Of a stretch of 39,761 bases of DNA, positions 33,206 to 39,761 are shown one piece after another. A model generated the notes under the pieces. That model made no database searches and was not told the origin of the DNA. It was given only the letters and a program-made list of their open reading frames with translations. How positions within the stretch are numbered: position 1 is the first letter of the stretch; each line of letters begins with the position of its first letter. This DNA comes from Thraustochytrium aureum. Its lineage: Eukaryota. The translations under genes and the position numbers were made by a program. The stretch spans positions 96,477-136,237 of the forward strand of contig BLSG01000037.1 in NCBI GenBank assembly GCA_012862495.1, in the 5' to 3' direction.

Positions 33206-35176
33206 TCAGTATGGCAAAAGGTGTCGGTGTGCCTTGGCAGCAGCGTTGCCAAAATACGAAGTCGGGTCGTTGGCCCGCCGCGAGAGAAAGCCGACGTGCA
33301 ACATATCAGCCGACGTCATCGCCGGAGTTTGCACCGGCGCGCCCTGTCCTTCGCCCAGGGTCAACGCCGAGCTCTGGGCCGTTTGCTCCACCAGTGCAAT
33401 AGAGGAAGCCGGCTCGGAACAAGCCTGCTGGCCAGCAATGCGCCAAGCGAGCCGATCCGCGACCTCGCCAGCGGAGAACCACTGAAAGAAGGTGCCCGAG
33501 GACCAGTGTTGGAGGAGGTTTTCGTCCTGGATGCCGGCAGTTCGCACAGCCGCTTGGCCCACGCTGATATTTGGAACGAGGTCGCCACCACCTAGAACAG
33601 TTACTTGCGGAACGCCAACAGGGCTTTGCGGCGCCACTGCGGAACTGCCGCCGCTGCCATAATACGGGTCTTGCTCGACGTGAATGGTGCGGAGCTCCGT
33701 TGTCGACGCGTCGAGGCCACCCGACGCCGGCAGCTCAAGTGCTTGGACCAGCGTACCCGCCCGCGAACCGCGCAAAAAGGCGACGAGGACAAGGACAAGG
33801 CCGAGGCCCGAGGCCGCCAGAAGCGTCGCAAACCACCCCCCCAGATAGCCGAGCGCCTGGATCGCGCTCCCCAAGACGATGCCCGAAAAGCCACTTGCAA
33901 TATACCCGGCAGCCGTGAGAATCCCGCACGCGGTCCCGACGACTCCTGCTGGAAGGTCGCCAGGCACCGTGTAGGAGAGCAACGTGTAGTTGCCAAGGAG
34001 AAACACGCAAATGAGGAACACGAGCGACGCGAGAAGCGCGATGGAGCCTTGCCGCATGACGTAAAACGCAACAAGGGCCACGATTTGCAGCGCCGTGAAG
34101 AGCAGGACAGGCGGAATCCTGCGCCGCGAAAAGCAATAGTCCGAGACGGCGCCGCAGGCGATTCCCCCGCAGAACCCGCCAAACGTCACTGCAGCGCCCA
34201 GCAGAGTGTGCGCAGTCGAGTCGAGCGGAAACTCGCGCTCGTCGTTGAGAAACGAGTACATCCAGGTGAGCAGACCGTCGCGCACCCAGGAACAGCACAT
34301 GATCGCCAGCACGTAGAAGGGGAACGTCGGGCTCTTGGCTAGGTCGAGGAGGAGGTTGCGAAACGAAGGCTCAGCGGCCGGCTCGGTCGCTGAGACAGCC
34401 TGGCCCTGGCCAGCTGGCAAGGCCGTGCTGAGCGACTCTTTCAGCGGGCAGCTAGCTGGGGTGCGTTTGACCCCCGCATCCGCCGGAACGGCCACGATCA
34501 GCAAAAGCACGCACATTCCAAGGCCGGCGCTGGGGACGAAAAACACAAAGTGCCATCCCATGTCTTTCGCGATCCTTGGGCACACTGCCAGCGCAAAGTA
34601 GTAGCCCGAAGTGAGGAGGACGTTGAAGAGGCCGCCGAACGTGCCGCGCTCTTCGTCGTCGTAGAGGGCGGCGTTGATCTTGAGCATCGCGGCAGTCCCA
34701 AAGCCCTGGAAGAAGATGTTTGTTGCGTACCCCGCCGCAAAGAGAGCGAGTGAGGGAGAGCTCTCGGGTGCGGTGGCCGCCGAGAAGTGCCAGCCCAACA
34801 ATGCGTTCGCGGCACAGGCGCCAGAGGCGGATAGGAGGAGCGCCATCTTGCCTCCAATCTTGTCGGCGAGTGCACCAGTGAATGGTGCGGACACGGCGTA
34901 GGTCCAGAAGCCGGCAGTGAAGACGACGCCAAAGTCGGCGGTGGAGAAGCCGAGTTGCGCGCGAATTAAAGGCACGTTGCCGGCGGTGATGCTGTACCTG
35001 GTTGCGTAGAAAAGAGCGTAGGTCAGTCCGAGCGGGACCCAGGTCGCGAGCCTCCGGTATCTGAACGCCCGCGAATGGAGCCGCTTTGACACCGCGTTGC
35101 CCTCGACATCGTAGACGCAAACTAGCACGCAGCAAGCCACGACCACACCCAGTACGGCTTGCTCGACTGCGGTCAT
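33206..35176 (-). CDS. MFS organophosphate:Pi antiporter-like (GlpT/UhpT/SLC37) with extended C-terminal tail
   Basis: TYALFYATRY, GALADKIGGK, FFQGFG, EERGTFGG, VRDGLLTW, GAVSDYCFSRRR and GTACGILTAAGY. Confidence 0.88.
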   Translation of the reverse strand: MTAVEQAVLGVVVACCVLVCVYDVEGNAVSKRLHSRAFRYRRLATWVPLGLTYALFYATRYSITAGNVPLIRAQLGFSTADFGVVFTAGFWTYAVSAPFTGALADKIGGKMALLLSASGACAANALLGWHFSAATAPESSPSLALFAAGYATNIFFQGFGTAAMLKINAALYDDEERGTFGGLFNVLLTSGYYFALAVCPRIAKDMGWHFVFFVPSAGLGMCVLLLIVAVPADAGVKRTPASCPLKESLSTALPAGQGQAVSATEPAAEPSFRNLLLDLAKSPTFPFYVLAIMCCSWVRDGLLTWMYSFLNDEREFPLDSTAHTLLGAAVTFGGFCGGIACGAVSDYCFSRRRIPPVLLFTALQIVALVAFYVMRQGSIALLASLVFLICVFLLGNYTLLSYTVPGDLPAGVVGTACGILTAAGYIASGFSGIVLGSAIQALGYLGGWFATLLAASGLGLVLVLVAFLRGSRAGTLVQALELPASGGLDASTTELRTIHVEQDPYYGSGGSSAVAPQSPVGVPQVTVLGGGDLVPNISVGQAAVRTAGIQDENLLQHWSSGTFFQWFSAGEVADRLAWRIAGQQACSEPASSIALVEQTAQSSALTLGEGQGAPVQTPAMTSADMLHVGFLSRRANDPTSYFGNAAAKAHRHLLPY

Positions 35177-35585
35177 CTCCCGTTCGCTTGCGCGCGCTGG
35201 TAGGCGTGCTCTGTTACCTGGCCGCTGCGCGAAGGGCGCAGGTGTTTGGGGACTGCTCTTGCCGAGGCTGGGACCGGTTCAGTTTTGGAGAGACCTGCTG
35301 CTAGAACAAGTGGCGATTGAAAAGGTTACTAGAGGTAGAGTACGCTTTGTCGAGCGAGTAGCACGAGCGAGTCCTGATTGCCTCATCAAATGCCCGTCAC
35401 AGGAGCAGGTTGGCGCGGCTCGGCATTCCTGCAACAGTTCAGGCGCAGGCAGGCTCGCCTGCCACCAAGCCAAAAAGGGGAATGTGAGGCGGCAAGCATG
35501 TGCAAGCGACGGTCGGTCGTCTCACACGGTTGCGCCCGCCGAGCTGGCTGCCACCCTCCAGCAACACTTGCGTGGCAACCGAACC

Positions 35586-36309
35586 ATGGGAAGGATGATC
35601 ACGAAAAGCCGGGAGGTCCTAGCACTCGCGTGCAGCGACCCGCCGGCTGCGCCGCTCGGCCAATCCGCAAGCCGCCCACCACCCGATCGATCGAAGCGTC
35701 CTCCACACGCCGGAGGGAGGGAGTTCCATCCCGCCTCGTGCTCGTCCCCACCCTACGAGAAGAGTGGACAGAGGTCGATCTGAACTGCCCCTCGCGGCCA
35801 GGCACTCGAGCCTCGTCAGGGTCGTGGCCTGCGTGCTGCGCGCCGACTCGGAGGTCGGTTNNNNNNNNNNNNNNNNNNNNNNNNNNNNNNNNNNNNNNNN
35901 NNNNNNNNNNNNNNNNNNNNNNNNNNNNNNNNNNNNNNNNNNNNNNNNNNNNNNNNNNNNNNNNNNNNNNNNNNNNNNNNNNNNNNNNNNNNNNNNNNNN
36001 NNNNNNNNNNNNNNNNNNNNNNNNNNNNNNNNNNNNNNNNNNNNNNNNNNNNNNNNNNNNNNNNNNNNNNNNNNNNNNNNNNNNNNNNNNNNNNNNNNNN
36101 NNNNNNNNNNNNNNNNNNNNNNNNNNNNNNNNNNNNNNNNNNNNNNNNNNNNNNNNNNNNNNNNNNNNNNNNNNNNNNNNNNNNNNNNNNNNNNNNNNNN
36201 NNNNNNTGCGCCGCGTGAGAACACAAAGCCCATTCTGCAGCTCGGATACAAGACGCCAGTGCGGCACTGCCGCGATTGCTTTCAAAGCGCGCACGTTCAG
36301 TTTGAGTGA
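35586..36309 (+). CDS. Probable FYVE zinc-finger protein (C-terminus visible after the gap; start uncertain)
   Basis: After the gap: APRENTKPILQLGYKTPVRHCRDCFQSAHVQFE*, resembling the FYVE end (LGY..PVRVCxxC), followed by an AT-rich 3' tract at about 36360. The RHHCR core would lie in the gap. ATG 35586 is a guess. Confidence 0.5.
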
Positions 36310-36594
36310 TGCACTGAGCCACCCTCTTGCTGTGCCTCGTTAGAGGGATAGATCTGTACCTTAGCATTTTTAGTTTATTATTGAAGCTATGAGCCGGGTT
36401 GCGACGCCGGGCGCGGCGGGGCGGGAAGAGCAGGTCGCAAAAATCAGACTAGCTTGTGGAATTAATTGTCATGTCAAGGCACGCGAGGGACGAGTGGAGG
36501 GCCTACGCCTACCCTGTTGCCAGGCACCCCATCTCTACAAAAGGCGACAGGCAAGCGTCGCCCAAAAATCGCAGGTCGTCTCCGAACTGCCCTT

Positions 36595-38536
36595 TCAAGC
36601 GCAAAGGAGCTTGCGGTCACAGGCGCTAAGGCACACGCCGAAAGCCTGCAGAGGCGAGAGCGGCCAGGCGACGTCCATGGAGAACACCTCGAGGTCCTCC
36701 GACTCGGCTACCTTGCCAAATTGGAGCGTGATGTCGGAGCCGTTGCCATTCATCATGAGTTGGAAGTTTTTGTTGGACGGAAGCGTGACTCGGCCGCCAA
36801 AGTCGAGAGAAAAGGCGTTGATCGCCGGCAGCCAATACGGCGTCTTGTTGCAGCCAAACAGATGCTCCTCCGTGCACTCTGGCTCTGGTTCACTGCTCTG
36901 GCTCGCGTTCCGCAGGATCGCAGACAAACTCTGGTGCTTGCGGCGAGGCTTGTAGGCAATAGTGGACCAACCCTCGGCGCGAGAACGAGTGGCTGGCCGC
37001 GCGCTAGAGCCCAGGTCCGGCGCGAGGCCGGCTCCCGGCACACCCTGCAGACGCAGGATCTGCGCTCCAACAGGCGGGTCTTGCTTGTCTTCCAGGTCGC
37101 CCTCGTCCTCGTCGTCGTCCTCGTCGTCCCACTCGGGGCACCCCTCGAGCTGCGGTGTTAGCGGAACGCCCCAGGCTAGGTCTTGGAGCTGCCCCGCTGA
37201 GGCGCTACTGTTCCGCGTCGTGGCGGCAGGCACGAGTTGCTCCGGNNNNNNNNNNNNNNNNNNNNNNNNNNNNNNNNNNNNNNNNNNNNNNNNNNNNNNN
37301 NNNNNNNNNNNNNNNNNNNNNNNNNNNNNNNNNNNNNNNNNNNNNNNNNNNNNNNNNNNNNNNNNNNNNNNNNNNNNNNNNNNNNNNNNNNNNNNNNNNN
37401 NNNNNNNNNNNNNNNNNNNNNNNNNNNNNNNNNNNNNNNNNNNNNNNNNNNNNNNNNNNNNNNNNNNNNNNNNNNNNNNNNNNNNNNNNNNNNNNNNNNN
37501 NNNNNNNNNNNNNNNNNNNNNNNNNNNNNNNNNNNNNNNNNNNNNNNNNNNNNNNNNNNNNNNNNNNNNNNNNNNNNNNNNNNNNNNNNNNNNNNNNNNN
37601 NNNNNNNNNNNNNNNNNNNNNNNNNNNNNNNNNNNNNNNNNNNNNNNNNNNNNNNNNNNNNNNNNNNNNNNNNNNNNNNNNNNNNNNNNNNNNNNNNNNN
37701 NNNNNNNNNNNNNNNNNNNNNNNNNNNNNNNNNNNNNNNNNNNNNNNNNNNNNNNNNNNNNNNNNNNNNNNNNNNNNNNNNNNNNNNNNNNNNNNNNNNN
37801 NNNNNNNNNNNNNNNNNNNNNNNNNNNNNNNNNNNNNNNNNNNNNNNNNNNNNNNNNNNNNNGTGCGAGCCGATCTTGTCGCGCGGCACGTAGGCCACGT
37901 TCGCGAGTGGGCCGCGGCAGAGGGGGCAGGTGCTGCGCGCGCCTTGCTTGCTCTCGCTCCACTCGTAGATGCACTTGCCGTGAACCGGCGACTTGTTGCA
38001 CCTGTTGGCGCACGGCAACGACATGGGCGGTAGTCGGGCCGTGAACGGGTCGAGGCAAATGAAGCAGGTCTCGTCCTCCTCTGCAGAGCAACGGTCCGCA
38101 GCGGGGCGGTCAAGTGCCGAGCAGACGCGACCGTCAAAGCTGCGCACCGGCGCAAGCGGAGAAGAGGCGCCTGCGCCAGCACTTGCGCAAGACGCAGTCC
38201 TCGGCCCACATGACGCTGCTCTAGCACGCTCAGCTCGCGTCGGCGACGATGAGGACGACGACGAAGCGGCGGAGGAAGAGGAGGAGGAGGAGGAGGAGGA
38301 GGAGGCGGCGGCGGCGGAGGGGGGAGGAGTGGAGGGGCGACGGAGTGGCGGGGGGCGGACGGAGAGTCGGCCGATGAACCTTGCGATGACAGCGAGTCAG
38401 ACCTGCTCAGCGTCCCGCTTTGGTCCGTTTCCTCGTCAGCGGAGGCGGTGTCCCAGGACTGCCCGTCCTCCAGACGGGCGTCAGCAGGCTCTTGCTCTGT
38501 TTTGCGTTTTGGGGTCGTCCGAACGGGAAGCAGCAT
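36595..38536 (-). CDS. RING (C4HC3/RINGv-like) + Tubby C-terminal domain protein; internal gap 37246-37862; frameshift at about 38320-38355
   Basis: Tubby: NKTPYW...FSLDFGGRVTLPSNKNFQL...LQFGK...FSMDVAWPLSPLQAFGVCLSACDRKLLCA*. RING: CFIC...CANRC...VHGKCIYEW...CPLCR. Ser-rich linker. Probable ATG at 38536. Confidence 0.8.
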
Positions 38537-39193
38537 GCTGACGAGGCTCGCAGTGCGTGCCGCTTGCTTCGAAGCGGCGGCGACTGTACTTGAGCGACAT
38601 GGCTGCGAGCCCCCGTGCCAGACATGGCTGGCGCGTCGCCCGGTCCGCTCGCCGGCCCGCGTCCGAATCGTTGCTGTGCGGCAGCCCTCGCGCTGCCAGC
38701 CCTTGGCGCGCCCGCGGAGCGAGGCGACGCGCGTTTGCCTGGCTTGTTGCAGCGCAGTGCGCGACAAAGAAGGTGGAGCAGCGTCCGCGGCCCGCCTGCC
38801 GAGCGTTGGCGGAGTCGTTCTGCTGCCAGAGGGTCTGCCTGCGCCCCTGCTTGGTAGCCTTTGCGGTCGGCGGCTGCTCGCGCCGCTTGTCGGACTGGGC
38901 GTGCGCGCGCGCTCTTGCGCAGGCTTCCAAGGCGCTCGCTACCTGCGCAGTAGAAGAGTGAGTACTTACTCCCGATTGCAGCAGAACAGTTGAAAGCCCG
39001 ATTGGTCGAATGATGTGAGGGCACGGCCCCATGCCACCGCGCATGCGTCAAGACTCGACGAGCGGCTCACAGAGCCCGCCGCGCATGGCGCTCACTCTTG
39101 CCCCCCGCTCGCAGCAAACCTCTGAAAGGCATCAGCCGCCCAGGCTCGCGCCACGCCTCAAGAGCGACTCCCGCCCAGACCGTGCTCACTGGT

Positions 39194-39218
39194 GATCGAT
39201 CGATCGATCGATCGATCG
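39194..39218. repeat. (GATC)6 self-complementary microsatellite
   Basis: gatcgatcgatcgatcgatcgatcg read directly. Confidence 0.9.
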
Positions 39219-39761
39219 TTTTTGTCTCCTTCGAACAACTGGCGAGGGGTGTACGGCGCTGGCGATGGAGTCGGCAAGAGCGAGCCAGCAGGATAGCCCG
39301 GCGGGGAGCATGTCGGTGATGAAAGCTCTGTCGCCGTGCGCCCGAGACTCGCGCGGCCGTTGGCCTTTTGCGCCGTTTGAGGTTGTAAACGTGCGGAGGG
39401 CGACCGTTTCGGCCCTACTCGATTTGCTTTTTGCCGGCGCTTCGATCAGAAACGCACTGGGACGACTCGGAGTCAGCCGTGACAGCAGCGTCGCACGCAG
39501 ACAGAAAGGAAGGCACCGAAGGCGCTTTCCACTACTACCTACCCCCACCTTGCCGGCTCCCCTTCGACCGAACCCTCTAGCTGCGTTCTTGCGCGCAGAC
39601 CGAACGCGGCGCGGCGAGGGCGCTACTACCTGAAGGCCTCCGACTCTTAGGAGTAGAGCAGAGTGGTCAAGTAGTACAGTACTCAGTAAGGTAGAGTACT
39701 TGGTCATTCTGCCCCGATTTGCCGGTCGTGGCGGGAGCTGCCAGCCGAGCGAGGCCCTCCC

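Noticed and set aside
13106..35176. Five transporter genes within 22 kb as a functional gene cluster
   Set aside because: They belong to unrelated families with different substrates, are interspersed with housekeeping genes, and have no linked enzymes.
38250..38345. Formin-like polyproline tract in ORF 37205..38767
   Set aside because: The RING-containing frame reads the same repeat as poly-Ser/Ala and is open through it. The polyproline is likely an out-of-frame reading.
254..38767. Many long antisense and overlapping ORFs, and ORFs spanning N-runs
   Set aside because: These are shadows of high-GC codon usage and of X-translation through gaps; they show no family motifs.
39001..39091. ATTGG (CCAAT box) and GCGCATGCG (NRF1-like) motifs upstream of the RING-Tubby gene
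   Set aside because: Short motifs are expected by chance in GC-rich DNA, and there is no TSS evidence.
39265..39633. 122-aa plus-strand ORF near the window end
   Set aside because: It has no recognisable motif. It could be a first exon, but this window cannot support that.

Overview
Eukaryotic, GC-rich, gene-dense and intron-poor draft scaffold with 9 N-gaps, several inside genes. It is probably a protist; a stramenopile such as a labyrinthulomycete is only a guess from style. About 15 protein genes: an RNI-like LRR ORF and an XK-related (Xkr scramblase-like) ORF that are probably one fused gene, a Wee1/Myt1-type kinase, a hypothetical membrane protein, an organellar TrpRS, a partial hypothetical ORF, five transporters (SLC17-like, AAAP, MRS2/CorA, SV2-like, GlpT/SLC37-like), MCMBP, a probable FYVE protein, a HET/TIR-like + TPR protein, a RING + Tubby protein, and an inferred single gene of about 2,200 aa (EF-hands + vWA-like + degenerate serpin + EF-hands + acidic tail) that the ORF track splits at G-runs and at a spurious gap. 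The most interesting signals are unusual domain architectures: HET/TIR-TPR, LRR-Xkr, RINGv-Tubby, and a serpin-like domain inside an EF-hand protein. No rRNA, tRNA, CRISPR or transposon was recognised. All domain calls come from recognising motifs by eye, not from database searches.
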